64,000 bases of DNA. Origin: Mobula hypostoma. Its lineage: Eukaryota. A model generated the notes under the pieces. The model saw only the letters and a list, made by a program, of their open reading frames with translations. It did not search any database and had not been told where the DNA came from. Shown piece after piece: positions 11,600-23,669 of the stretch; within the stretch, counting starts at the first letter, position 1, and each line of letters begins with the position of its first letter. The stretch is taken from contig NC_086097.1 of NCBI RefSeq assembly GCF_963921235.1, forward strand, positions 13,888,001 through 13,952,000, read 5' to 3'. The position numbers and the translations under genes were made by a program.

Positions 11600-14500
11600 C
11601 AGTAACACCTAGGAGCAGAATTAGGCCATTCAGCCCTTTTGGGTCTGCTGCACAATTCCATCATGGCTGACTTATTATCCCTCTCAACCCCATTTTCCTG
11701 CCTTCTCCCAGTAACCTTTGGAACCCTGATTACTCAAGAAACCTGTCAAACACTGACTTAAGTGCTCCCAATGACTTGTCCTGCAGAGTCATCTGTGGCA
11801 AGGAATTCCACAGATTCAACATCCTCAGGCTAAAAAAAAAAATTGGCTCATCTCTGTTCTCAATGGATGTCCCTCAATTCAGAGGCTGTCCTAGACTCCC
11901 CTACTATAGGAATCACCCTCTCCACGTCTACTCTATCCAGACCTTTCAATATTTAATAGGTTTTAATGAAACTTCCGCTCATTCTTCTAAATTCCAGCCA
12001 GTACAGGTCCCTCATATGTTAACTCTTTCATTCTCGGGATAATTCTGGTGAATCTCCTCCAGACTCTCTCCAAAGCCAGCACGTATTTTATAAGATAAGG
12101 GGCCCAAAACTGCACACAATACTTGCAGGGTGGTCTGATCAATATGCCTTATAAAGCCTCAGCATTAGATCAAAGTTCAAAGTGCATTTATTATCAAAGT
12201 ATGTATAAATTATACAACCTTGAGACTTATCTGCTTATAGGCAGTCATAAAACAAGAAACCCAAAAGAACCGAATTGAAAACAGCAGAGAGAGTTAAAAA
12301 AGAATCATGCAAACAATAAAGCAAGTATCAGAATTCAGAAGCAAACTGAGTCCATAAACCCGAAGCCCAAAGCAGCCGGAGCAGGCCCACAGCCTCAGTC
12401 TCAGTTCATCACACAGTGGGACAAATTGCTGCCAAGCTCACAGACACTAAGCCCAGAGCAGCCGGGGCACAACACAGCCTCAGCCTCGAGGAGAGCGGAG
12501 TAAAATATTGTAGAGCAGAACCGGCCCTGACCCCTCACCTCCAGTCCTGACTCCCTGCCTTTTCAGTTCATCTGGTCCGGTGTTTAAATTGTTCAAGCAC
12601 CAGGTCATCACCCGCACTCAGACCCGGGCCCTGCTAAAGCAAAACGCTGTGGGCCTCCTGGGCCCAGCATTCCTGCCTGTACTTGACGCTTCCAAATCAG
12701 CCCGTGCTCAGATGGATCCAACTTCACTCCCAGATTATGTGGATAGGCTCCAAAAGAACTCCAACTCCAACTCCAACTCTGTCCCAAACATGCCCTCATC
12801 TCACACCCGCACGCCTAACCCTTGGATCAGCCTCGCCTTCACCCAGCTCTGCATTGTTTGCAGTGATTGTTTACCACATTTTTTCACATTAAAAGCGTTA
12901 TTGAAAGATTATTTAGTCATATATCTTGCTTTGAAAACCACCAGTAAGCTGTCACCCAGCTTCAGTAGTGCCGTCTACTTAAACCAGATCTTTGTTTTTG
13001 TATTCTCAAAATGAATGTTAATATTGCATTTCCCTTCCTTACCACCAACTCAACCTGCAAGTGGACCTTTAGAGAATCGTGCATCAGGACTCCCAGGTCC
13101 GACTGCACCTCCGATTTTTGAATTTTCTCCCTATTTTACAAAAGAGTACATGCCTTTATTCCTTCTGCTAAAGTGTATGACTATGCACTTCCCGGCAATA
13201 TATTCCATCTGCCACGTCTTTGCTCAATCCCGCAACCTGTCTAAGTCCTTCTGTCTAAGTGCTTCCTCAACACTACCTTCTCCTCCACCAATCTTTGTAT
13301 CATTGCAAGCCTGGTCACAAAGCCATCAATTCCGTCATCCAAATCATTGACATATAACATGAAAAGAAGCCGTCCCTGCGGGACACCAATTGTCAGCAGC
13401 AGGCAACCAGAAAAGGCTCCCTTTATCCCAACACTTTGCCTTCTGCCGTTCAACCAATCCTCTCTCCATGCTCATATCTCTTCAGCAATACCATGAGCAC
13501 TTATTTTGTTAAGCAGCCTCATGTGCAGCATTTTGTCAAAGGCCTTCTGAAAGTCCAAATAAATAAATTCCACTGAAACTCCTTCGTTTATCCTACTTGT
13601 TATTTCCTCAAACAATTCAAACAGATTAGTCAGGCAAGAATTCCACTATAGGAAACCATGCTGATGTTGCCCTATTTTATCATATGCCTCCAAGTATCCC
13701 TTAACCTCATCCTTAACAATCAACTTCAGTAGTTTCCAACCACTGAAGTAAGCTAACTGGTCTATAATTTCCTTTCTTCCACCTCCGTCCCTTCTTGTGC
13801 AGTTTTCCAGTCCACAGGAACTAAGCCAGAACCTAGTGATACTAATGCCTCCACAATCTCTTCAGCTACCTCTTTCAAATCCCAGGATGTAGTCCATCTG
13901 GTCCAGATGATTTATCTATCATCAGACTTTTCAGCTTCCCAAGCACCTTCTCCTTAGTGATAGCAACGACACTCACTTCTGCCCTGAAATTCTCACATTT
14001 CTGGTATTCTGCAAATATTTTTCACAGTGAAGACTGATGCAAAATGCTCATTAAGTTCCTCTGTCATTTTTTTGTCCCTGCCCCTTACTACCTCTCCAGC
14101 GTCATTTCCCAATGTTCCTATATCCACTCATGTCCCTCTTTTATTCCTTATATATCTGAAGAAAACTTTTAGTACCCTCATTTATATTATTGGCTAGCTT
14201 ACTTTCACATTTCACTTTTTCTCTCTTTCTGGCTTTTTTTGTTGCCTTCTGTTGGTTTTTAAAACTTTCCCAATTCTCTACCTTCCTTCTAATTTTTGCT
14301 TTATTATATGCCTCTCTCTCTTCCATTTATGCTGTCTTCCCTTGTCAACCACGGTGGCCTTATCTTCCCTCAAGAATAATTCATCTTTGAGATGTATCTT
14401 TCCTGTATCTTCTGAATTTCCTGCAGAAGCACCATCCATTGCTGCCCTGCTTTCATCCCTGACAGTGTTCCCTCCCGGTCAGCTTTGACCTGCTCCTCTC

Positions 14501-15720
14501 TAATGCTCCTGTGATTCCCTTTTCTCGACTGTAAAACTGATATATCCAGTTTTAGCTTTTCCTTCTCAAACTGCAGGGTGAATTCTATTGTGATCACTGA
14601 CTCCTAATGGTTCATTTACTTTAAGCTTACTAATCATATCTGGGTCATTACATAATACTCAGTCCAGAATTGCGGTTCCCCAGTAGGGTCAACCACAAGC
14701 TGCTCTAAGAAGCTATCTTGTTGGCATCTTACAAATTCCCTTTCTTGGGGTCCAGCACCAACCAGATTTTCCCAATCTATCTGCATATTCAAATCCCTCA
14801 TGCTGATCACAACATTGCCATTTTTACATGCCATTTCTATCACAAGGATTCTATATCTTCCAGTTATATCTTAGCTCTTTCTAAAGATTTGATTTCACTT
14901 TTTACCTGCCAGCAAGGATAATGGTCCCCCTCGGCTTCAGGTATAACCCCTCCTTTTGTACAAGTAATACCTTCCCCAGAAGAGATCCCAATGATCCAGA
15001 AATCTGAAACCCTGCCCCCAGCACGAATTCTTCAGCCACACATTCATCTACCAACTCATCCTATGCTCCATGACTTCTCTCCTTTAGGATGCCATGGACC
15101 CGATCTGAGCCATCCTTTTCTCAGGCACCTGAGAGGCAACTTATCATCTAGGTGTCTCTTCCATATCCACAGAATCTGCTGTCTGCTCCTCTAACTATGG
15201 AATCCCCTTTCACCACAGCACTCCTCTTCTCCTCTCCTTCACTTCTGAGTCACAGAGCCAGACTTAGTGCCTGAGACCTGATCGTTGTGGCTTCTCCCTG
15301 TTAGATCACCACCCCACCCCCCCAACAGTATCCAAAGAGCTACACTTATTAGGGGGAATAGGCACAGGGGTACTCTGCACCGGCTGCCTACTCCCTTTCC
15401 CTCTACTACCTGCCTCCTGCAACCTTGGGGTGACTACCTCCTTGTAGCTCCTATCTATCACCTCCTCATTTTTCCATATGATCTGAAAGCCATCAAGCTG
15501 CAGCTTCAGTTCCTTCACATGATCTCTAAGGAGTTTCTGCTCAATGCATTTCATGCACATGTAGTTTTCAGGGAGACAGGAGGTCTCCCAAATTTCCCAT
15601 ATCTCACAAGAGGAATATAGCACCTCCTCTGGTTCCATTCTCACTGTACTAACGGGGAAAAAAATTACTGGAAATTTCCTTACTTACATACTTAGAGCCA
15701 CCACCTGCACTTGCTCTAGT
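11600..15720 (-). mobile_element. Long degraded CR1 LINE (ORF1 zinc-finger/leucine-zipper and SGNH esterase remnants, ORF2 remnants); may be two abutting copies
   Basis: 15306-15644 reads SSCEIWE...CMKC..LLRDHVKELKLQLD. About 14970-15050 reads WLKNSCWGQGFRFLDHWDLFWGR. GVPQG..LFMLYVNDLDD lies at 13241-13453. 3' tail near 11600. Confidence 0.8.
12170..12980 (-). mobile_element. Non-autonomous retroelement with a Rex-like (TTGAAC) tail, nested in CR1
   Basis: Interrupts the CR1 RT region. Starts AAAGTTCAAAGTGCATTTATTATCAAAGTATG, as at 21770 and 42062. GC-rich body. Confidence 0.65.
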
Positions 15721-16839
15721 CTGTTCTTGCCAAAGCTGGACCACTCTAACAATACCCCACTCCAACAAGGGCCACTCTGCTTATGCCTCCTTTCTTTTTG
15801 TTGGCCTGTGCTAGTGGCCACCCACCAAGAAAAAAAAACAAAAAGCACACGAGTTCTTCTTAAACCTCACACTGCGTCACCAGTGAACAACCTCTCATGC
15901 CGATTGCTGCCTACCAAGAAAAAATGTTTGGACTTTATGAGTCAATATGCTCAGAGAGATGTGGTAACAGAATCAACATAATTTAAGAATCTCCTGTCCT
16001 ATATATTTTCTCTTCTCTTCTCCCCCCTCTCCGCATTCAGGCAGAAGATACAAAAGCCAGAAAACACATGTCACTAGGCTCAAGGACATCTTCTGTCTTC
16101 TTGTTATAAGACTATCCACAGCTCATAAACTGCTGGAAAGCCAGTATACAGATCAACAGTCCAGAGGCAGATTTCTCAATGCAGGTAACAGTCAGCCATG
16201 TCATGATGAATGTCAAAAACCACCTCAAGCATTTTGTTTTCTCCATTTGCCTGGCTACAGTATAATTGCAACAATAGAAGCATCAGTATGCCAATCTCAA
16301 AGTTAAAAGGCAAGGATGGAGGAAGGAAATTCTTCTCCATTGGTATATCTTACTGTCAACCCAATAACCCAACCAACAGGAGCTGCAGAACACCCACAGG
16401 ATGGACTTCTGTACTTGGAAGCTGTGACGAGACGTTGGGCATTGTACCAGAAAACACCAGGCATCACTTGATCGGTTGCTCTATGAGCAAGTGGATTAGA
16501 ACTTCTGTCATGCCTTATGAGATCAAAAGTGACCTCAAGGCAACCAAAATTAATGGCGTAACAAAAACGTACAACCTAAAGTGTAAGATGACAGGTGCAA
16601 ATAGCACAGAAGAGACAGCAACATGTTAATCACCAAGACATGCACCGATTCTTCAGTGCATCAGTGGCTTAAACACCCACACAAGCCATGTATCAAAGTT
16701 CAAAATTTCAAAGTAAATTTGTTATCGAAGTACAGATATGTTACCATAGACTACCCCGAATTTCATTTTATTGAATATTTTCACAGAAAAGCAAAGAAAT
16801 ATAATAGACTCAATGAAACACTACAGACAAATTTACAAA

Positions 16840-17712
16840 ATTGTTGCCAGGTCTGAAGGAACTGAGTTATAAGAAATGATGGAAATGTTTAGGACTTGGA
16901 GTTTAGAAGAATGAGGGGAGACCTCATAGAAACATTTCGAATGTTAAAAGGCATGGACAGAGTGGATGTGGCAAAGTTGTTTCCCACGATGGGGGAGTCT
17001 AGTACAAGAGGGCATGACTTAAGGATTGAAGGGCGCCCTTTCAGAACAGAAATGCGAAGAAATTTTTTTAGTCAGAGGGTGGTGAATCTATGGAATTTGT
17101 TGCCACGGGCAGCAGTGGAGGCCAAGTCATTGGGTGTATTTAAGGCAGAGATTGATAGGTATCTGAGTAGCCAGGGCATCAAAGGTTATGGTGAGAAGGC
17201 AGGGGAGTGGGACTAAATGGGAGAATGGATCAGCTCATGATAAAATGGCGGAGCAGACTCGATGGGCCGAATGGCCTACTTCTGCTCCTTTGTCATGGTC
17301 TTATGGTCTTTATTCGTTGGAACATAAAAGATTGAGGGGGGGATTTGATAGAGCAATACAAAATCATGAGGGACATAGATAGGGTAAATGCAAGCAGGCT
17401 TTTTCCATGGAGCTTGGGTGGCACAACAACCAGAGGTCATGTGTTAAGGGTGAAAGGTGAAAAGTTTAAGGGGAACACGAGGGGAAACTTCTTCACTCAG
17501 AAGATTGTGAGAGTGTGGAACTAGCTACCAGTGCAAGTGGTGCTGTGAGCTTGATTTCAACGTTTAAGCGAAGTTTGGATAGATACATGGATGGTAGGGG
17601 TATGGAGAGCTATGGTCCAGACGCAGGTCGATAGGTGTACGTAGTTTAAATGGTTTGGCATGGACTAGATAGACTGAAGGGCCTGTTTCTGTGCTGTACT
17701 TTTCTATGACTC
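16840..17712 (+). mobile_element. CR1 3' fragment with a second CR1 3' fragment nested at about 16897-17308
   Basis: ORF 16896-17216 reads RRMRGDLIETFR...FFSQRVVNLWN and ends in a TTATGGTC tail. The host CR1 resumes at YSLEHKRLRG and ends TCTATGACTCTA. Confidence 0.85.
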
Positions 17713-17715
17713 TAA

Positions 17716-18225
17716 TATCTAATCAACCAATTATGTGGAGCAACTTAATGTATAACAGCATGCAGTCATGGTCAAGAGGTTCAGACCAAACATCAGAATA
17801 GGGAAGAAATGTAATTGAAATCATTTTGACCATGGAATGATTGTTAGTGGCATATGGGATGGTTTGAGGATCTCAGAAATTGCTGACCTCCTGGGATTTT
17901 TGCACACAACAGTCTCTAGAGCAGGGTTTCCCTACATACGGTCAAAGGACCCTTCAGTTAATGGTAGGGGTCCACGGCATAAAAAAAGTTGGGAGTTTAC
18001 AGAGAATGGTACAAAAATTAAAAATAAAACATCCAGTGAGAGGCAGTTCTGAGAGTGAAAATGCTGGGTTAATGAGCGATGTCAGAGGAGAATGGCCAAA
18101 CTGGTTCAAGCTGACAGGAAAGCGACAGTAACTCAGATAACTATGCGTTACAACGGTTAGTTGTAACTGTTGACAGGAGATGTGAAACTTTGAAGTGGAT
18201 GGGCTACAGCAGCAGAAGACCATGA
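17716..18225 (+). mobile_element. Tc1-like transposon relic (transposase N-terminus)
   Basis: FDHGMIVSG..GLRISEIADLLGFLHTTVSR...VYREW, a paired-like HTH region. Confidence 0.8.
17922..17994. mobile_element. Small hAT/Charlie-like MITE nested in Tc1
   Basis: Starts CAGGGTTTCCC directly after CTCTAGAG. Inverted homolog at 38068-38138. Confidence 0.65.
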
Positions 18226-19104
18226 GGTTCCTGAGTGTATATCAAACATTGGGATCCCAGACGTTGTCCATTGAAGTATAAACTGTAGCCAGGCAAAGAA
18301 TTAATATCATCAGGAGAGGCATTAGGAAAAGTGGGAGGAGAGAAACGTGGTGAGAAATCGAAAAGGTTATAAATTCAATTTACCTCATGGATGGTGTAGG
18401 AACTTAGTGTGAAGTGTGATGATGTCAAATGGCTTTAACTTTTACTGTAGTGACAAACAGCACTATTTGTTTCAACAATAACTATCTACAGATGCAGACA
18501 AAAATAAATTATCATCTGTGCTGCTAAACCAGTTTTATGAACTGGCTAATTTGGATGGCAAAAGAATGATAACTTCTCATTTTTCATTCAGAACCATTGC
18601 AAACATGTGATCTTCATTCTAGAAGGACAAATTACTTGAAATTACAATGTTTTCATTCCAATATTTCCAATTTCCATACAGCATCTGTGCAGCCTTGCAC
18701 TCCCAAGATCAAATATTGCATTTTGAAATCTTGTCCTTGAACGGAAAATCCGACAAAAATTAGTGGATATCGCCCAGTCCATCACAGGTAAATCTCTCCC
18801 CTCTACTGAGTACATCTACTTGCAGCACTGGCTCAGGAAAGCAAAATCCGTCATCAAGGACCCCTATCACCTTGGTCCTGCTCTTTTCACACTGCTGCCA
18901 TCAGGAAAAAGGTACAGGAGCCTCAGGACTCACACCTCCAGCTTCAGGAGTAGTTATTACCTTCAGCCATCTGGGACTAAAGAGAATAGCTTCACCAACT
19001 TCATTTTTTCCCATCAGTAGAAGTTGCCACAACCTACTAACTTGCTTTCAAGGACTCTTCCGCTCATGTTTTCAATACCTATTGCTTTATTATTGTTGTA
19101 TTTT

Positions 19105-20045
19105 CATTTTTTTCTCAGCTCAAGTTGGCAAAACCTGTAGTAAGGATATAGCCAGGCACACTTATTTCTCAATTGCTAGGAACTTTCTGACTATTCTAGT
19201 AGTGTTTAGTATTGCAGCTTTCTGAAGATTTACATAAATACTGTTTAATGCTATTGTGGAGTGATTTTGGGATGACGCCAGTTGTAGATAGTACCATTGG
19301 GACAACGTATACCCTGTTCATGTTCCATGGTCTTTGAATTACATCTTTTAATTCAGCATATTTCTGGTGTTTTTCACTTATTGATTTCTGTACATAATGT
19401 GTGTTTGGAATGGCTATATCTATTAAATAAGCTGTTCTTGCTTGTTTATCCTGTATTATTAAATCCGGACGGTTATTATGGATTGTCCTATCTGTAATTA
19501 TGAATCAGTTGTAATATAATTTGTCGGACTCTGACTCTAAAATTGGATCAGGCTTGTATTTATAGTAAGGTATGGTGTCTTTTATGAGTTTATATTTTCA
19601 AACAAGATTTTGGTGAATGATGCTTGCCACTTGATTAAGCTTGTGTAAGTAATCAGATTGAGTTAAACTGCTTCATTATCCTGTAATGTGTTAGATTGTT
19701 TCAGGTATCTCTTGGCATGTTCTGCACTTATTATCTTGAATTTTTTGGTCTGTTATTTTGTATTTTTGATATTTTTATGTTATCCACCTGGTTCTGTATT
19801 GACACAAAGAACTTCTGCTTCTGGGAAAGGGTCTCCAACTCCGAGCCTGGCGTTCGACTCTTCCTTGTCAACGTCTAGTCTGCTCAGGTTGTTGGGATGT
19901 CTTCTGCAGAGGGTCATTATTCTCTTCCATTAGTCAGCTTTTTCTTCTGTAGTGATAATTTCTTCAATTTTCTGAGTTATCAGTATTTTTATTTTTTCTC
20001 ATCTCTAGCTGGTAAAACTTGTAGTATGAACATAGCCAAGCACAT
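19105..20045 (-). mobile_element. R4/Dong-clade non-LTR retrotransposon 3' part (CCHC knuckle plus restriction-like endonuclease), degraded
   Basis: Manual minus-strand translation: KCRTCQEIPETI*HITG**SSL..DYLHKLNQVA ... ITDRTIHNNRPDLIIQDKQARTAYLIDIAIPN...EKHQKYAEL...VVPMVLSTTGVIPK ... LQKAAILNTTRIVRKFLAIEK*. Stop codon at 19162-19164. Confidence 0.85.
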
Positions 20046-20245
20046 TGATTTTTTATTATTACTATTATTATTATTATTAATATTATTATTATTTTCTTTT
20101 GTATCTATACAGTTAGTTGGCTTTTGCACACTTGTTGTATGCCCAGTTAATGCACTCTTTCATTGATCCTAATATGATTAATAGATTTATTGAGTTTGCC
20201 CGCAAGAGAAGGAATCTCAGGGTTGTGTATGGTGACACATATGTA

Positions 20246-20717
20246 CGAGGGGTGAGTGATAAGTTCGTGGCTTAAGGTAGAAGGAGTCAATTTTAGAAAA
20301 CCTTGCACATTTATTTTTCAACATGGTCCCCTCCTACATTTACACACTTAGTCCAGCAGTCGTGGAGCATACAGATCTTGGAGCTCCAGAAAGTGCCCAA
20401 AGCAGGGGTGATTGATAAGTTTGTGGCCTAAAATAGAAGGAGATGAGTTATTAACGTCAAACTTTCTGCATAATCACTCAAGGAGTTGAACTGCATGTGC
20501 ATGTAACAAGAGTAAATCATCTCCTTCTACCTTAGACCACGAATTTATCAATCACCCATGCTGTGGACACTTTCTGGAGGTCCAAGATCTATATGCTCCA
20601 TGATCACTAGACTAAGTGTGTAAACATGGGAGGGTTCTATGTTGAAAAATAAATGTGCTAGGTTTTCTAAAATTGACTCCTTCTACCTTAGGCCACGAAC
20701 TTATCAATCACCCCTCG
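20246..20717. mobile_element. Mariner-derived palindromic MITE with a TA TSD
   Basis: TA|CGAGGGGTGAGTGATAAGTTCGTGGC...GCCACGAACTTATCAATCACCCCTCG|TA with about 200-bp inverted arms. Confidence 0.9.
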
Positions 20718-21769
20718 TACTTTGATAATTTACATTGAAATCAGAAGTGAATTAGATTAAGTGAATGCCCTAAGCATCATTCTGAAACAATGCTTCAAGA
20801 CCAGTACTTGATTTATATACCATGTCTGCTGCTTTGTCTGACGATCGCTATCTAATCACCTCTGTTATCTCCATGAATGTCCGTCTGTGTTCTCTCTAAG
20901 GGTTCTGACATTTCTCTATTTCAATTGCAGTGTGCTTGTACATAATTCTGCCATCTGATATCTGAGCTTTCTTGTTAATCGTGCTGGCCGACACTTTTCA
21001 CAGTAATTTAGGACTAACCTCCTCCCCTGTACCAAATGCTGCTTTGCTGACACTGTGGCACATGGTAACATGAGCACTCAGCTCTTGCAGTGTGTTCCCA
21101 TTCACCATTAGACAGCAGATGGGTTTGATATTCTACCTACACAAGATCTACAGCTGATACCATTTGTCTACCTTCTTGGCAACTAACCTGGACACAAGAT
21201 CATTCGGTCTTGGACATTTAGACATCTGGGAGAAATATTAGGCACAAAATGATATTTCAATCCTTGGAAGAACAGTCATCTTTCAATTTTCAATTTCTAC
21301 AATTTAAGTAATTGCACTTTTCCCCCTGCCAGTGTGCTCCAAAGTCCATAGAGACCATAAGAGCGTAAGACATAGGATCACTATTAAGCCATTCAGCCCA
21401 TCAAGTCTGCTCTACTATTCAATCATGGCTGATTAATTATCATTTTCATCAGTTTATCAGTCTAACCTAAATTTGTTTATTTGGCATCCAGGTTGTCCAT
21501 GGGATTTCAAAATGACAAGGAATTTATAAAAACAAAGAAGACTACAGTTTTTAATGTATTTTCCTTGACAAGAATGAAAGACACTGAATTCCAAGCAGCA
21601 TGTCAATCATTTAAAACTACAATTTACTTTCTTAGGGATCGGTTTGAAATCAGACATTATTACACTCGTCTAAGATTCAATTCCCCACTGCCAGGTGTCC
21701 TTGCTGATGTGAAGGTAGGAAGTGCACGATTATACTTCATACCTTGTTATGTTTTATTTGTCACCTCAA

Positions 21770-22295
21770 TAAGTTCAAAGTTCAAAGTACATTTATCATC
21801 AAAGCATGTATACATGATAGAACCTTTAGATTTGTCTCTTTACAGGCAGCCACAAAAGAAAGAAACTCAAAAAATCCATAAAAAAGACCATCAAACACCT
21901 AATGGCAGAGAAAAAGAATCATGCAAACAATAAAATCAGGTAAGTAGCATTCAGAACTGAAGTCCACAAAAAGAGAGTCTGTCCACAGACCCTCAGTTCA
22001 GCACAGAGCCAAGTAAATATCATGGAGCAGCAAAATGAACTGATCCAATCCTCACCTCGGTCCCTGACACCCTGACCTTTCCAATCTGGACTGGCGCTTA
22101 AAACGTCATCCAGACATCAGATTCAGTCACTTTGATACATTCTGGGGCTTGGAACCCGGCACCTCGTTCAGCCTATTCCCAACTGTTCCAGCTTGGCCCA
22201 GTGCTTAAGTCATCGTTGAAACATCAGATTCTATCACTTTGATATGCTCTGGGCTTGGACTCCTCTGCCTCAATTTGGCCTGTACCCGACCTTTT
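21770..22295 (-). mobile_element. Non-autonomous element with a (TTGAAC) tail and internal tandem duplications
   Basis: Homologous to 25990-26555 and 12170-12980. Confidence 0.65.
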
Positions 22296-22329
22296 ACAAG
22301 TACAAGTTTAAGTTCGAGTTCAAGATTCT

Positions 22330-22490
22330 GACATCTTCCCTTTTCCACTTCAGTTCTGAAAAAGGGTCTTGGCCCGAAACGTCAACTATTTATTCATTTC
22401 CACTGATGTTGCCTACCTGCTGAGTTCCTCCAGCATACTGTGTGTGTGTTGCTCTGGATTTCCAGCATCTGCAGGCTTTCTCATGTTTAC
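22330..22490 (+). mobile_element. PLE terminal fragment with a near-intact hammerhead motif
   Basis: CAGTT-CTGAAAA-AGGGTCTTGGCCC-GAAAC-GTC-AACTA at 22351-22388. Confidence 0.8.
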
Positions 22491-23035
22491 AAGTTCAGGT
22501 TTATTGTCAGTCAATGGTATTGATGTGTACCATAAATGAAACAACGTTCCTCTGGACCAAGGGTCACAAGACAGTACACATAACTCACACACAAAACATG
22601 AAGGAATATTAGCACAAATAAATTGACAAATAATGGGCTGCATTTAAGACACAAGTTAAAAAGTAAACAGTATAACGCTACCGGCACTTCATATGTGATG
22701 AAATTTGGGTGGTGGCAGGGAGTTCAATAGTCTTACAGCCCGGGTAAGAAGCTGTTTCCCATCCTAACAGTCCTTGACCTACTGCTATGGTACCTCCTGC
22801 TTGATGGTACGGGGTCAGAGAGATTGTTGGACAGATGGGAGGGATCATTGATAATGCCAAGACTCTGCGTATACCATGCTCCTGATAAATAGATGGGTGA
22901 CAGAGAGACGCCGATGATCCTTACAGCAGTCCTCGCTATCTACTGTGTGGACCAGCGGATAGATGCCTTGCAATGCTTGTACCGGACGGTAATGCAGCTG
23001 GTCAGGATGCCCTCCTGGTGCTCCTATGAAAATTG
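22490..23035 (-). mobile_element. Rex1-like LINE 3' fragment
   Basis: Degenerate C-terminal motifs; homologous to 42575-43290. Confidence 0.65.
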
Positions 23036-23164
23036 GAAGGACTTGTGCGTCTGGCAACTTCAATGGAATTGGAATTGGAATTGTCACATGTATCGAGATA
23101 CAGTAAAAAACTTAATCTGCACACTGTTCATACAGATCAAATCATTACACAATGCATTGAGCTG

Positions 23165-23525
23165 GTCATAGAACACTGCAGCACTGAAACCGGCCTTTCA
23201 GTCCATGTAGTCCATGACAAGACTGCCTAATCCCATCAACCTGCACCTGGACCATAGCCCTCCTTACCCCTCCCATTCATGTACCTATCCAAGCTGCACT
23301 TAAATGTTAAAATTGAGCCTGCATCTACCATTTGCGCTAGCAGATCGTTCCATACTCATCTTCCTCTGAGAGGCGAAGATCCCCCTCATGTTCCCCTTAA
23401 ACATTTCACCTTTAACCCATGACCTCTAGTTCTTGTCTCGCCCAACCTCAGTGGAAAAAGCCTGCTTGCAGTTACCCCTCAACATTTTGTGGTTCCATCA
23501 AATCTTCACTCATTCACATACATTC
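23165..23525 (-). mobile_element. CR1 3' fragment
   Basis: CR1 3' UTR and the reverse complement of the RLFPL and FKGNMRG motifs. Confidence 0.75.
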
Positions 23526-23669
23526 TAGGTAGAACAAGGTAACAAAATAGAAATGCAGAATAAATCATGACAGTTGCAAAAGTAGAAAAATAAAGTGCCG
23601 GATCATAATGAGGTAGATTGTGAGGTGAAGATTCCAATTTATCATAATAGGGAATCAGTTAGTTGTCTT

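Larger units (their letters stand above)
18730..20740 (+). mobile_element. Rex1-like LINE 3' part hosting two nested insertions
   Basis: ORF 18763-19020 reads AQSITGKSLPS...LLPSGKRYRSLRTHT. The 3' UTR resumes at about 20050 and again after 20719. Confidence 0.75.

Noticed and set aside
16210..16629. 139-aa ORF in non-repeat sequence
   Set aside because: No recognisable domain and no convincing splice donor. An ORF of this length can occur by chance in 64 kb.
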